A DNA stretch of 64,000 bases, from contig NVQL02000054.1 of the NCBI GenBank assembly GCA_002400495.2, forward strand, positions 7,219 through 71,218, read 5' to 3'. The translations under genes and the position numbers were made by a program. The notes below the pieces were generated by a model, which was not told where the DNA came from, did not search any database, and was given only the letters and a program-made list of their open reading frames with translations. This DNA comes from Alphaproteobacteria bacterium. Lineage in GTDB: Bacteria > Pseudomonadota > Alphaproteobacteria > Rhizobiales > OSC116. Shown here in pieces: positions 1 to 9,595 of the stretch (positions within the stretch are counted from its first letter, which is position 1; each line of letters starts with the position of its first letter).

Positions 1-1790
1 GCCAAATCGATACCATCACCACCATATAATTTGTCATTGCCAGCTCCACCAACTAAAGTATCATTGCCAAGACCACCATATAAAGTATCATTGCCAGCTT
101 CACCCCATAAAGTGTCATTGTCCAAACCACCATCTAAAGTATCATCGCCAAGACCACCAGATATTTGATCATAGCCAGCATTACCATATAGAAAATCATC
201 GCCATTATAACCAAATAAAATATTGTTATTGTCATCACCTGTTATAGTGTCACCACGTGCAGAGCCTATTATTTGCTCTATATTATGCAATATATCCCCA
301 ATAGCATAACCACCACTGCCAGCGCGACCATCTAAATACACTGTCACTCCTGCATAACTAAGGCGATAGTCAACCGTATCAAAACCAAGACCACCATCTA
401 TAACATTGACTCTGCCATTGGCAAATATGGTGTCATCATGTGCAGAGCCTATTACATTATCTATAAAATGCAAAGTATCCCCTGCAGCATGACCACCACT
501 GCCAACGGCGCCATTTAAAGTCACTGTCACTCCTGCATCACTATCGCTATAGTCAACCGTATTAGTACCCTCATCACTACCATCTAATCTGTCAGCCCCA
601 GCTCCACCATTCAAAATATCATCACCAGCTCCACCATATAATTTGTCAGCCCCAGCTCCACCATTCAAAATATCATCACCAGCTCCACCTTCTAAAACAT
701 CATCACCAGCTCCACCAAATAAATCATCACCGCCATCATTACCCCATATATGATTGGCATTGGAATCACCAACTATTCTGTCAACATATGCAGAGCCTTT
801 TACATTCTCTATTTTAAACAAAGTATCCCCTTGAGCATCACCACCAAAGCCAGCGGTAACACCTTCATCTAAAACGACGTTCACTGGTGAATCACTATCG
901 CTATAGTCAGCCACATCGATATCAGCTCCACCATCTAATATGTCAGCCCCAGCTCCACCAACTAAAGTGTCATTGTGATCACCACCATATAACTCATCAT
1001 TACCATCACCACCATCTAATCTGTCTTCCCCAGTTCCACCATTTAAAGTATCATCACCAGCATTACCCCATATATAATTGTCATTGGTATCACCTGTTAT
1101 GATGTCATCATGTTCAGAGCCTTTTACATTCTCTATAGAAAACAAAGTATCCCCTTGAGCATCACCACCACTGCCAGTGCCAGTGCCATCTCCAACATCT
1201 AAAACCACTTCCACTCCTGAAAGCACTCCCACTCCTGAAAGCACTCCCACTTCCACTATTTCACCATTATTGCTATAGTCAGCCGTATCATTACCAGCAC
1301 CACCATCTAATATGTCAGCCCCAACTCCACCAAATAAACTATCATCGCCAGTTCCACCATATAATTCGTCAGCCCCAGCGCCACCAAATAAAGTATCAGC
1401 CCCAGCAAGACCTTCTAAAATATCATCGCCAGCAAGACCAAATAAAGTATCATTACCAGTACCACCATTTAAACTATCATCGCCAGCGGTTCCTGTTATA
1501 GGTGTAGGTGTAGGTGTAGGTGTAGGTGTAGGTGTAGGCGTAGGTGTAGGTGTAGGCGTAGGCGTAGGTGTAGGCGTAGGTGTAGGTGTAGGTGTAGGCG
1601 TAGGCGTAGGTGTAGGCGTAGGCGTAGGCGTAGGTGTCGGCGTAGGTGTCGGTGTAGGCGTCGTAGTTTCATCACAAGCGGCTAGGGTAAGCAATGAGGC
1701 GCTTGATAAGAATGTTAATTTGTTGGGTTTATTTAGAATCCGTTTATTGTTACGTTCTGAAAATTGACGTAGAGATATAGTTCTAGACAT
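1..1790 (-). CDS. RTX/hemolysin-type Ca-binding repeat lipoprotein, array paralog 1 (C-terminal part lies left of the window)
   Basis: Absent from the ORF track because there is no stop in the window. Reverse complement from the ATG at 1790-1788 reads [43 protein letters not shown]-(TP)n, followed by GGxGxD nonapeptide repeats. The 5' ~110 nt are almost identical to the starts of the three other paralogs. GGAG lies 8 nt upstream of the ATG. Confidence 0.8.
   Translation of the reverse strand, partial: MSRTISLRQFSERNNKRILNKPNKLTFLSSASLLTLAACDETTTPTPTPTPTPTPTPTPTPTPTPTPTPTPTPTPTPTPTPTPTPTPTPTPTPTPTPITGTAGDDSLNGGTGNDTLFGLAGDDILEGLAGADTLFGGAGADELYGGTGDDSLFGGVGADILDGGAGNDTADYSNNGEIVEVGVLSGVGVLSGVEVVLDVGDGTGTGSGGDAQGDTLFSIENVKGSEHDDIITGDTNDNYIWGNAGDDTLNGGTGEDRLDGGDGNDELYGGDHNDTLVGGAGADILDGGADIDVADYSDSDSPVNVVLDEGVTAGFGGDAQGDTLFKIENVKGSAYVDRIVGDSNANHIWGNDGGDDLFGGAGDDVLEGGAGDDILNGGAGADKLYGGAGDDILNGGAGADRLDGSDEGTNTVDYSDSDAGVTVTLNGAVGSGGHAAGDTLHFIDNVIGSAHDDTIFANGRVNVIDGGLGFDTVDYRLSYAGVTVYLDGRAGSGGYAIGDILHNIEQIIGSARGDTITGDDNNNILFGYNGDDFLYGNAGYDQISGGLGDDTLDGGLDNDTLWGEAGNDTLYGGLGNDTLVGGAGNDKLYGGDGIDL
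1501..1662 (-). repeat. hexanucleotide microsatellite, about 27 units of GGYGTM on the + strand, encoding the (Thr-Pro)n stalk of paralog 1
   Basis: Uninterrupted ggtgta/ggcgta/ggtgtc units from 1501 to 1662. The reverse complement reads ACN CCN = Thr-Pro, directly after the lipobox Cys codon. Confidence 0.9.
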
Positions 1791-1866
1791 ATTTAATACT
1801 CCATAAAAAAGCGTTGCATTTTTTAATAAGAAAATTGGATCATATAGAAATTCAACTAATAAGACG

Positions 1867-1906
1867 CATATATGGAACTATAAATCAACTATAAATTCCA
1901 TTTAAG
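1867..1906. promoter_or_regulatory. inverted repeat CATATATGGAA-N18-TTCCATTTAAG (candidate operator), copy A
   Basis: 9 of 11 arm positions are complementary. It sits between the RTX start (1790) and the HTH relic ATG (1935), at the same place in all four spacers. Confidence 0.4.
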
Positions 1907-1934
1907 CTACTTAATTTGTGATTAAGTTTTAAAT

Positions 1935-2112
1935 ATGGAATTTATGAATTTCGAAAAAGGCTAAAAAAATCAATTAAAACAGCAGTTGGAAACAAAAAGC
2001 TATCAAATGCCCCCTTAGCCACGCTAAACAACGATATAAGAGGCATCTCTGAACCAACTCTGGCAATGTTTCAATCAATCGGCTTGCCTATGGTAATCTG
2101 GCCAATATATAA
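1935..2112 (+). pseudogene. decayed XRE/Cro-type HTH gene, copy A
   Basis: ATG GAA TTT ATG AAT TTC GAA AAA GGC TAA gives a stop after 9 codons. Relative to copies B and D there are internal deletions, including loss of the AKIIDIANAC segment. Confidence 0.55.
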
Positions 2113-2220
2113 AGCCGCGATAGACAAGCAAAATCAATTGCCGCCAAAATTGAAAGCTGGGCGCAGATATAGAGCAAATTTTAAGCTGACTTTAAGCCGG
2201 GTGATTAAACACAAATAAAA

Positions 2221-2244
2221 ATGCCCAACCGATTGGCTGGGCAT
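2221..2244. terminator. hairpin terminator downstream of paralog 2 (possibly bidirectional)
   Basis: atgcccaacc-gatt-ggctgggcat forms a 10-bp stem with one mismatch. It is followed by TTTTTATTT on the minus strand and TTTTGTT on the plus strand, and lies 33 nt past the stop at 2277. Confidence 0.6.
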
Positions 2245-2276
2245 TTTGTTATCTATTGATTTAAAAACTTTGTGAA

Positions 2277-3845
2277 TTACAGGCCGTCATAATTATAGCC
2301 CGAATCACTACCTAACCAATTATGAAAATCATCTTCACTGCTAAAAGAAGTTCCAATAAATTCGCGATAAAGATCTTTCACATCATAAGTTTCCATAATA
2401 ACGCTATCATCTTCCGAACGCCATATAATTTGCTCGATTGAAGTCACATAATTTACACTAGTGCCGCCATCATGAAAGCTTTGAATAGAAAACATATTTT
2501 CTGCTAGCACGTTAAAAAGAAGATCATTACCCCTAACAGTCACTGTATCAAAACCATCGCCACCAGCTATGTTGTTTGAATCAGCTTCACCCCAAAATTT
2601 ATCATTACCGTCACCACCATCCATAGTGTCATTACCAGCTTGACCATATAATTCGTCATTGCCATCACCACCATTTAAAGTATCATCGCCATCACCACCA
2701 TATAAAGTATCATCGCCATCTAGACCCTGTATGTAATTGTCATTGGCATCACCTTTTATAGTGTCAACATGCATAGAGCCTATTACATTCTCTATAGTAA
2801 GCAAAGTATCCCCTTCAGCATCACCACCACTGCCAGCGGTACCATCTAAATATACTTCCACTCCGTCACCACTATGGCTATAGTCAACCGTATCAATACC
2901 CTCACCACCATCTAATATGTCAGCCCCAAGTCCACCATCTAAAACATCATCGCCATCTAGACCCTGTATATAATTCCTATTGGCATCACCTGTTATAATG
3001 TCATCATGCATAGAGCCTATTACATTCTCTATAGTAAGCAAAGTATCCCCTTCAGCATCACCACCAGTGCCAGCGGTACCATCTAAATACACTTCCACTC
3101 CGTCACCACTATGGCTATAGTCAGCCGTATCGGTACCATCACCACCACGTAATTCGTCAGCCCCAGCTCCACCATCCAAAATATTGTCATTGGCATCACC
3201 TGTTAGAATGTCATTATATTTAGAGCCTTTTACATTCTCTATAGAAATCAAAATATCCCCTTCAGCATCACCACCAGTGCCAGCGGTACCATCTAAATAC
3301 ACCTTCACTCCGTCACCACTATGGCTATAGTCAGCCGTATCGGCACCACCACCACCACGTAATTCGTCAGCCCCAGCTCCACCATCTAAAATATTGTTAT
3401 TGAAATCACCTATTAGAATGTCATTATATCTAGAGCCTATTACATTCTCTATAGAAAACAATCTATCCCCTTCAGCATGACCACCTTTGCCAGCAGTAAG
3501 ACCTTCATCTAAAACCACCGTCACTCCTGCATTACTATCGCTATAGTCAGCCACATCGGTACCCTCATCACCAGTTAAAACATCATCGCCAGCAAGACCT
3601 TCTAAAACATCATCACCAGCAAGACCATTTAAAACATCATCGCCATCACCACCCACCAGCCAATCATCTCCACTGGTTGCTCTTGTATTAATTGTCGGCG
3701 TCGGCGTCGGCGTAGTTGCTGTTCCACCACAAGCGGCTAGGGTAAGCAATGAGGCGCTCGATAATAATGTTAATTTGTTGGGTTTGTTTAGAATCCGTTT
3801 ATTGTTACGTTCTGAAAATTGACGTAGAGATATAGTTCTAGACAT
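2277..3845 (-). CDS. RTX/hemolysin-type Ca-binding repeat lipoprotein, array paralog 2 (522 aa)
   Basis: ORF 2277..3899 trimmed to the conserved ATG at 3845 ([10 protein letters not shown]..., GGAG upstream). Lipobox LTLAAC, TPTPTPT stalk, five ~78-aa blocks with GGxGxD repeats, and tail ...DFHNWLGSDSGYNYDGL. Confidence 0.85.
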   Translation of the reverse strand: MSRTISLRQFSERNNKRILNKPNKLTLLSSASLLTLAACGGTATTPTPTPTINTRATSGDDWLVGGDGDDVLNGLAGDDVLEGLAGDDVLTGDEGTDVADYSDSNAGVTVVLDEGLTAGKGGHAEGDRLFSIENVIGSRYNDILIGDFNNNILDGGAGADELRGGGGADTADYSHSGDGVKVYLDGTAGTGGDAEGDILISIENVKGSKYNDILTGDANDNILDGGAGADELRGGDGTDTADYSHSGDGVEVYLDGTAGTGGDAEGDTLLTIENVIGSMHDDIITGDANRNYIQGLDGDDVLDGGLGADILDGGEGIDTVDYSHSGDGVEVYLDGTAGSGGDAEGDTLLTIENVIGSMHVDTIKGDANDNYIQGLDGDDTLYGGDGDDTLNGGDGNDELYGQAGNDTMDGGDGNDKFWGEADSNNIAGGDGFDTVTVRGNDLLFNVLAENMFSIQSFHDGGTSVNYVTSIEQIIWRSEDDSVIMETYDVKDLYREFIGTSFSSEDDFHNWLGSDSGYNYDGL

Positions 3846-3923
3846 ATTTAATACTCCATAAAAAAGCGTTGCATTTTTTTGATGAGAAAATCGGATCATA
3901 TAAAAATGCTGATAATAAAGTTA

Positions 3924-3963
3924 CATAAACGGAACTTTTAATCAAATATAAATTCCATTTATG
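3924..3963. promoter_or_regulatory. inverted repeat CATAAACGGAA-N18-TTCCATTTATG (candidate operator), copy B
   Basis: 10 of 11 arm positions are complementary. The position is equivalent to the other spacers. Confidence 0.4.
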
Positions 3964-3989
3964 CTATTTATAATACGATTAAGTTTAAT

Positions 3990-4166
3990 ATAGAATTAAC
4001 AGAACTTCGAAAAAGACTAAAAAAATCAATTAAAACAGCAGCTGGGAACAAAAAACTTTCAAAGCAATCAAATGCCCCCTTAGCCACGTTAAACAACTAT
4101 ATAAGAGGCGTATCTGAACCAAGTTTGGCAAAAATTATTGATATTGCTAATGCTTGCAATGTTTAA
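3990..4166 (+). pseudogene. decayed XRE/Cro-type HTH gene, copy B (start codon ATG->ATA, premature TAA)
   Basis: The frame reads (ATA)ELTELRKRLKKSIKTAAGNKKLSKQSNAPLATLNNYIRGVSEPSLAKIIDIANACNV*. The HTH core is intact, but the start codon is lost and TAA replaces the Ser codon that precedes IDWLAYGEG in copy D. Confidence 0.6.
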
Positions 4167-4332
4167 ATCAATCGGCTTGCCTATGCTAATCTGGCCAATA
4201 TATAAAGCCGCGATAAACAAGCATTTTAGCAGCAAAATCAACAACCGCCAAAATTGAAAGCCTAACGCAGATATAGAGTAAATTTTAAGCTGACTTTAAG
4301 CCGGGAGGGCGGGTGATTAAACACAAATAAAA

Positions 4333-4356
4333 ATGCCCAACCAATTGGCTGGGCAT
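4333..4356. terminator. hairpin terminator downstream of paralog 3
   Basis: atgcccaaccaattggctgggcat, followed by a T-run on both strands. Same element as 2221..2244. Confidence 0.6.
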
Positions 4357-4388
4357 TTTGTTATCTTGTGATTTAAAAGCTTTGTGAA

Positions 4389-7300
4389 TTACAGGCCTTC
4401 ATAATCATAGCCCGTATCAGTACCTAACCAAGCCCGAAAATCAGCAACACTATCAAATTCATCCGATACATTAGAATGCGCTGAATCATTATAAAGATAT
4501 TTTATATCATAAGTATGACCATCAAATCTAATTAGCTCGGTTGAAACTAATTGATTTACACTAACAGTAGAGCCATTTTGATAGATTGTAAGATCAATTT
4601 TACGATGTTCATCTTCATTTATCTCAAAATAAAAATGATCACCCTCAATATTCACTGTATCACGACCACCGTTACCTTTTAAAATGTTATCGCCATTACC
4701 ACCATCTAAAGTATCATTGCCAGTGCCACCAAATAAAGAATCATCACCATCGCCACCATTTAAAGTATCATTACCAGTTCCACCATATAATTTGTCATTG
4801 CCCTTACCACCATTTAAAGTGTCATTATCATCTTTACCCCATAAATAATCAATGCCATCACCACCATTTAAAGTATCATTGCCAGCTCCACCATCTAATG
4901 CGTCATTACCAGCTTCACCATATAAAGTATCATCGCCAGCTCTACCATATAAATGGTCATAACCAGCTCCACCATATAAATGATTGGCATTGTCATTACC
5001 TCTTAAATAGTCACCATGTATAGAGCCTCTTATATCCTCTATAGAAACCAAAATATCCCCTTGAGCATCACCATAATAGTTACCGTATCCATCTAAATTC
5101 ACATCCACAAATGCATCACTATAGCTATAGTCAACCATATCGATACCATAACCACCATCTATTGTGTCAGCCCCAGCTCCACCATATAATTTGTCATCCC
5201 CAGCTCCACCATATAATATGTCAGCCCCAGCTCCACCATTTAATGTGTCACCCCCAACACCACCATATAAAGTATCATCGCCAGCTCTACCATATAAAGA
5301 ATCATTACCAGCACCACCCCATAAATAATTGGCATTGGAATCACCAAATAAGTAGTCATTATAATCAGAGCCTTTTATATTCTCTATAGAAACCAAAATA
5401 TCCCCAAGAGCATCACCAGAATAGTTAGCTGATCCCGTTAAACTCACATACACTAATTCATTACTATTGCTATAGTCAGCCGTATCGATACCATACCCAC
5501 CATCTAATGTGTCATCCCCAGCTCCACCATATAATGTGTCATCCCCAGCTCCACCATTTAAAATATCATCGCCAGCATTACCCCATATATAATTGTCATT
5601 GGCATCACCTGTTATAATGTCAACATGTGCAGAGCCATTTACATTCTCTATAGAAAGAAAAACATCCCCATCAGCATCACCACCACTGCCATTGGCACTG
5701 CCAGTGCCAGCATCCAAATCCACTGTCACTCCTTCATTACTATTGCGATAGTCAGCCGTATCGGTACCATCACCACCATATAATCTGTCAGCCCCAGCTC
5801 CACCATCTAAAATATTGTCTTTGGAATCACCTACTAGAAGGTCAACATATCCAGAGCCTCTTACATTCTCTATATAAAACAAAGTATCCCCATGAGCATC
5901 ACCACCACTGCCAGTGCCAGCAACTAAATCCACCGTCACTCCTGCATCACTACGGCTATAGTCAGCCGTATCGATACCATAACCACCATATAATGTGTCA
6001 GCCCCAGCTCCACCATCTAAAATATCATTACCACCACCACCACCTAATCTGTCATCCCCATCACCACCATATAATATATCATCGCCACCACTTGAGGCAT
6101 AATTACCATCATCACCACTTAACAGGTCATTACCAGCACCACCATATAAAGTGTCATCCCCAGCTCCACCATTTAAAGTATCATCGCCAGCTTCACCATA
6201 TAATCTGTCACTACCATCGCCACCATTTAGCTCATCGATACCATCACCGCCATTTAAAAGATTGGCATTGGAATCACCGGTTATAATGTCATCATGCATA
6301 GAGCCTATTACATTCTCTATCTCATACAATTCATCCTCAAGAGCATCACCACCACTGCCAGTGCCAGCATCTAAAAACACTGTCACTCCTGCATCACTAT
6401 CGCTATAGTCAACCACATCGATACCATCACCACCATAAAAAATATCCCCCCCATCTCCACCATTTAAAGTATCATCACCAGCTCCACCATTTAAAGTATC
6501 ATCGCCATCACCACCATTTAAAGTATCATCACCAGCTCCACCATTTAAAGTATCATCGCCAGCATTACCAAATAAAATATTATCATTGAGATCACCTGTT
6601 ATAGTGTCACCATATGCAGAGCCTAATACTTTCTCTATAGAAGATAAGCTATCACCACCAGCATCACCACCACTGCCAGTGGTACCATCTAAAAACACTG
6701 TCACTCCTGCATTACTATTGCGATAGTCAGCCGTATCGAGACCCTCACCACCATCTAATGCGTCACCCCCAGCACCACCATCTAAAACATCGTCGCCATC
6801 ATGACCATATAAATAATCATTACCAGCACCACCATCTAAAACATCGTCGCCATCATGACCATATAAAAGATCTAAGCCAGCATTACCAAATAAAATATTG
6901 TTATTGTCATCACCTGTTATAATGTCAGCATGTTCAGAGCCATTTACATTCTCTATAGAAGACAAACTATCTCCAGCAGCATCACCATAAGTGCCAGTGC
7001 CAGCAACTAAATTCACCGTCACTCCTAGATTACTATCGCTATAGTCAGCCGTATCGATACCAGCTCCACCATTTAAAGTATCATCGCCAGCTCCACCATT
7101 TAAAGTATCATTGCCAGTACCACCCCGTAATTCGTCAGCCCCAGCTCCACCATTTAAAGTATCAATGCCAGCTCCACCAATTAAAGTATCATTGCCAGCT
7201 CCAGCATTTAAAGTATCAATGCCATCACCACCATGTAAAATATCATGGCCAGCTCCACCATTTAAAGTATCATCGCCAGCATAGCTAAATAAAATATTGT

Positions 7301-8729
7301 CATTGAGATCACCTGTTAAAGTGTCAGCATGTCCAGAGCCTAATACTTTCTCTATAGAAGACAAACTATCCCCATCAGCATCACCACCACTGCCAGTGCC
7401 AGAACTTAAATCCACTGTCACTCCTGCATCACTATCGCTATAGTCAGCCGTGTCGGTACCAAGACCGCCATTTAAAGTGTCAGCCCCAGCTCCACCATTT
7501 AAAGTATCATTGCCAGTACCACCCCGTAATTCGTCAGCCCCAGCTCCACCATTTAAAGTATCATCGCCAGCATTACCCCATATAACATTGTTATTGTCAT
7601 CACCTGTTATAGTGTCAGCATGTTCAGAGCCTTTTACATTCTCTATAGAAGACAAACTATCCCCATCAGCATCACCATCACTACCAATGCCAGTATATAA
7701 ATCCACTGTCACTCCTGCATCACTATTGTGATAGTCAGCCGTATCGATACCCTCACCACCATTTAGCTCATCATCCCCAGCTCCACCATCTAAAATATCA
7801 TTACCACCACCACCATATAATCTGTCATCCCCATCACCACCATATAAAATATCGTCGCCATGATAATAGGCCCCATAATCATCACCATGTAACTCGTCAT
7901 TACCAGCTCCACCAGCTAAAGTATCATCGCCACGATAACCCCATATAACATTGTCATTGTCATCACCTGTTATATAGTCAGCAAATCTAGAGCCTATTAC
8001 ATTCTCTATAGAAATCAAAATATCCCCATCAGCATGACCACCACTGACAACGGCAGAACCTTCATCTAAAACCACCGTCACTCCTGCATCACTACGGCGA
8101 TAGTCAACCGTATCACTACCATCACCACCATCTAATATGTCAGCCCCAGCTCCACCAGCTAAAGTATCATCGCCAGCATTACCCCATACATGATGGGCTA
8201 CGTTAGGATATCTATAATCATCACCAGCATATATAAAATCATTATGTTCAGAGCCTATGAAATTCTCTATAGAATACAAACTATCCCTATAAGCATCACC
8301 ACCAGTGCCTATGATCGCGATGGCGCCTTCACCTGAATCGTAATTAAAAAACAATGTCACTCCTACATCATTATTGCTATAGTCAACCGTATCGATACCA
8401 GCACCACCATTTAGCTCATCAGCCCCAGCTCCACCAACTAAAACATCATCACCATCATAACCATATAAACGATCATTGCCATCACCACCCACTAAATAAT
8501 CATCCCCATCATAACCATTTAAACGATCATTGCCATCACCACCCACTAAATAATCATCCCCATCAGTACCCTCAATAAGAGCAGCTTTCGCAATAGATGT
8601 CGCGGCTCCACTATAAGCGGCTACGGTAAGCAATGAGGCGCTCGATAATAATGTTAATTTGTTGGGTTTGTTTAGAATCCGTTTATTGTTACGTTCTGCA
8701 AGTTGACGTAGAGATGTAGTTTTAAACAT
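4389..8729 (-). CDS. RTX/hemolysin-type Ca-binding repeat protein, array paralog 3 (1446 aa; lipobox Cys replaced by Tyr, no TP stalk)
   Basis: Full ORF. N-terminus [51 protein letters not shown], more than 15 RTX blocks, and tail ...DFRAWLGTDTGYDYEGL. Confidence 0.85.
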   Translation of the reverse strand: MFKTTSLRQLAERNNKRILNKPNKLTLLSSASLLTVAAYSGAATSIAKAALIEGTDGDDYLVGGDGNDRLNGYDGDDYLVGGDGNDRLYGYDGDDVLVGGAGADELNGGAGIDTVDYSNNDVGVTLFFNYDSGEGAIAIIGTGGDAYRDSLYSIENFIGSEHNDFIYAGDDYRYPNVAHHVWGNAGDDTLAGGAGADILDGGDGSDTVDYRRSDAGVTVVLDEGSAVVSGGHADGDILISIENVIGSRFADYITGDDNDNVIWGYRGDDTLAGGAGNDELHGDDYGAYYHGDDILYGGDGDDRLYGGGGNDILDGGAGDDELNGGEGIDTADYHNSDAGVTVDLYTGIGSDGDADGDSLSSIENVKGSEHADTITGDDNNNVIWGNAGDDTLNGGAGADELRGGTGNDTLNGGAGADTLNGGLGTDTADYSDSDAGVTVDLSSGTGSGGDADGDSLSSIEKVLGSGHADTLTGDLNDNILFSYAGDDTLNGGAGHDILHGGDGIDTLNAGAGNDTLIGGAGIDTLNGGAGADELRGGTGNDTLNGGAGDDTLNGGAGIDTADYSDSNLGVTVNLVAGTGTYGDAAGDSLSSIENVNGSEHADIITGDDNNNILFGNAGLDLLYGHDGDDVLDGGAGNDYLYGHDGDDVLDGGAGGDALDGGEGLDTADYRNSNAGVTVFLDGTTGSGGDAGGDSLSSIEKVLGSAYGDTITGDLNDNILFGNAGDDTLNGGAGDDTLNGGDGDDTLNGGAGDDTLNGGDGGDIFYGGDGIDVVDYSDSDAGVTVFLDAGTGSGGDALEDELYEIENVIGSMHDDIITGDSNANLLNGGDGIDELNGGDGSDRLYGEAGDDTLNGGAGDDTLYGGAGNDLLSGDDGNYASSGGDDILYGGDGDDRLGGGGGNDILDGGAGADTLYGGYGIDTADYSRSDAGVTVDLVAGTGSGGDAHGDTLFYIENVRGSGYVDLLVGDSKDNILDGGAGADRLYGGDGTDTADYRNSNEGVTVDLDAGTGSANGSGGDADGDVFLSIENVNGSAHVDIITGDANDNYIWGNAGDDILNGGAGDDTLYGGAGDDTLDGGYGIDTADYSNSNELVYVSLTGSANYSGDALGDILVSIENIKGSDYNDYLFGDSNANYLWGGAGNDSLYGRAGDDTLYGGVGGDTLNGGAGADILYGGAGDDKLYGGAGADTIDGGYGIDMVDYSYSDAFVDVNLDGYGNYYGDAQGDILVSIEDIRGSIHGDYLRGNDNANHLYGGAGYDHLYGRAGDDTLYGEAGNDALDGGAGNDTLNGGDGIDYLWGKDDNDTLNGGKGNDKLYGGTGNDTLNGGDGDDSLFGGTGNDTLDGGNGDNILKGNGGRDTVNIEGDHFYFEINEDEHRKIDLTIYQNGSTVSVNQLVSTELIRFDGHTYDIKYLYNDSAHSNVSDEFDSVADFRAWLGTDTGYDYEGL

Positions 8730-8789
8730 ATTTATGACTCCATAAAAAAAAGTGTTGCATTAAAAAAAAGTGTTACATTATTCTTAACT

Positions 8790-9070
8790 TCTAAATACCG
8801 TGCGCAATGAACATTATGGGTATGCCGTGTTTCAGCGCCATACGCACCCAACATGTTTTGGTAATTTTTTCGCCTAAACAATCACTCATTCGCATAGCAA
8901 TCTCGTCTCGGTTTCATTCACATTCATTAAGCGTTAAGGCAATCGCCTTGGCATATTTAGCACCAATATTTATCGCCCTAACATCCTGCTCTTTAAATTA
9001 TTTGGTTATTTTTACTGGCTGCCAAATCCAACAAACTTTTAGTAAAAATATCTTTTTTATCCTTAGCCAT
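8790..9070 (-). pseudogene. multiply disrupted small gene relic (possibly phage-type regulatory protein)
   Basis: The minus strand reads MAKDKKDIFTKSLLDLAASKNNQII* / EQDVRAINIGAKYAKAIALTLNECE* / NRDEIAMRMSDCLGEKITK / MLGAYGAETRHTHNVHCARYLE across three frames. The family assignment rests on memory only. Confidence 0.3.
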
Positions 9071-9138
9071 ACGCAAAACACTCCATCTGACCGAATCAAT
9101 TAAATTAAAGTTATTCGCAATATCTCTTTAATGTTACG

Positions 9139-9179
9139 CTTATACGGAACTTTTAGTCAAACATTAAATTCCACATAAG
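9139..9179. promoter_or_regulatory. inverted repeat CTTATACGGAA-N19-TTCCACATAAG (candidate operator), copy C
   Basis: 9 of 11 arm positions are complementary. The position is equivalent to the other spacers. Confidence 0.35.
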
Positions 9180-9207
9180 CTATTTAATTTGCATTTAAGT
9201 TCTAAAT

Positions 9208-9412
9208 ATGGAATTAACAAAACTTCGAAAAAAGGCTAAAAACACCAGCTGAAAACAAAAAACTTTCAAAGCTATCAAATGCCCCCTTAGCCACGTTAAA
9301 CAACTATACAAGAGGCGCCTCCGAACCAAGTTTGGCGAAAGTCATTAATATTGCAAACACTTGCAATCTTTCAATCGATCGGCCTGCCCATGCTAATCTG
9401 GCCAATATATAA
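9208..9412 (+). pseudogene. decayed XRE/Cro-type HTH gene, copy C
   Basis: ATG GAA TTA ACA AAA CTT CGA AAA AAG GCT AAA AAC ACC AGC TGA. A deletion and frameshift give a stop after 14 codons. The downstream HTH-coding sequence is still recognisable. Confidence 0.55.
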
Positions 9413-9539
9413 AGCCGCGATAGACAAGCATTTTAGCAGCAAAATCACCTGCCGCCAAAATTGAAAGCTGAGCGCAGATATAGAGCAAATTTTAAGCAGA
9501 CTTTAAGCCGGGAAGCCAGGTGATTAAACACAAATAAAA

Positions 9540-9563
9540 ATACCCAACCGATTGGCTGGGCAT
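9540..9563. terminator. weakened copy of the spacer hairpin downstream of paralog 4
   Basis: atacccaacc-gatt-ggctgggcat has two mismatches in the stem. The T-runs are retained. Confidence 0.4.
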
Positions 9564-9595
9564 TTTGTTATTTATTGATTTAAAAACTTTGTGAA

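Larger units (their letters stand above)
1791..2276. repeat. inter-paralog spacer, copy A (terminator + HTH relic + inverted repeat + RTX promoter region)
   Basis: Long stretches are shared with 3846..4388, 8730..9595 and 11393..~11750, for example atcaaatgcccccttagccacg and atttaatactccataaaaaa. Confidence 0.85.
3846..4388. repeat. inter-paralog spacer, copy B
   Basis: Colinear with copy A over almost its whole length. Confidence 0.85.
8730..9595. repeat. inter-paralog spacer, copy C (expanded by ~330 bp of extra sequence)
   Basis: The 9120..9595 part is colinear with copies A and B. 8744..9110 is extra. Confidence 0.8.

Noticed and set aside
1501-1662. Regular short repeat tract that could at first glance be taken for a CRISPR-like or non-coding satellite array.
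   Set aside because: The unit is only 6 nt with no spacers. It lies in frame inside a CDS and encodes Thr-Pro.
8807-9103. 98-aa + strand ORF in the expanded third spacer.
   Set aside because: The sequence is hydrophobic and low-information. The opposite strand carries the more convincing, though shattered, gene relic.
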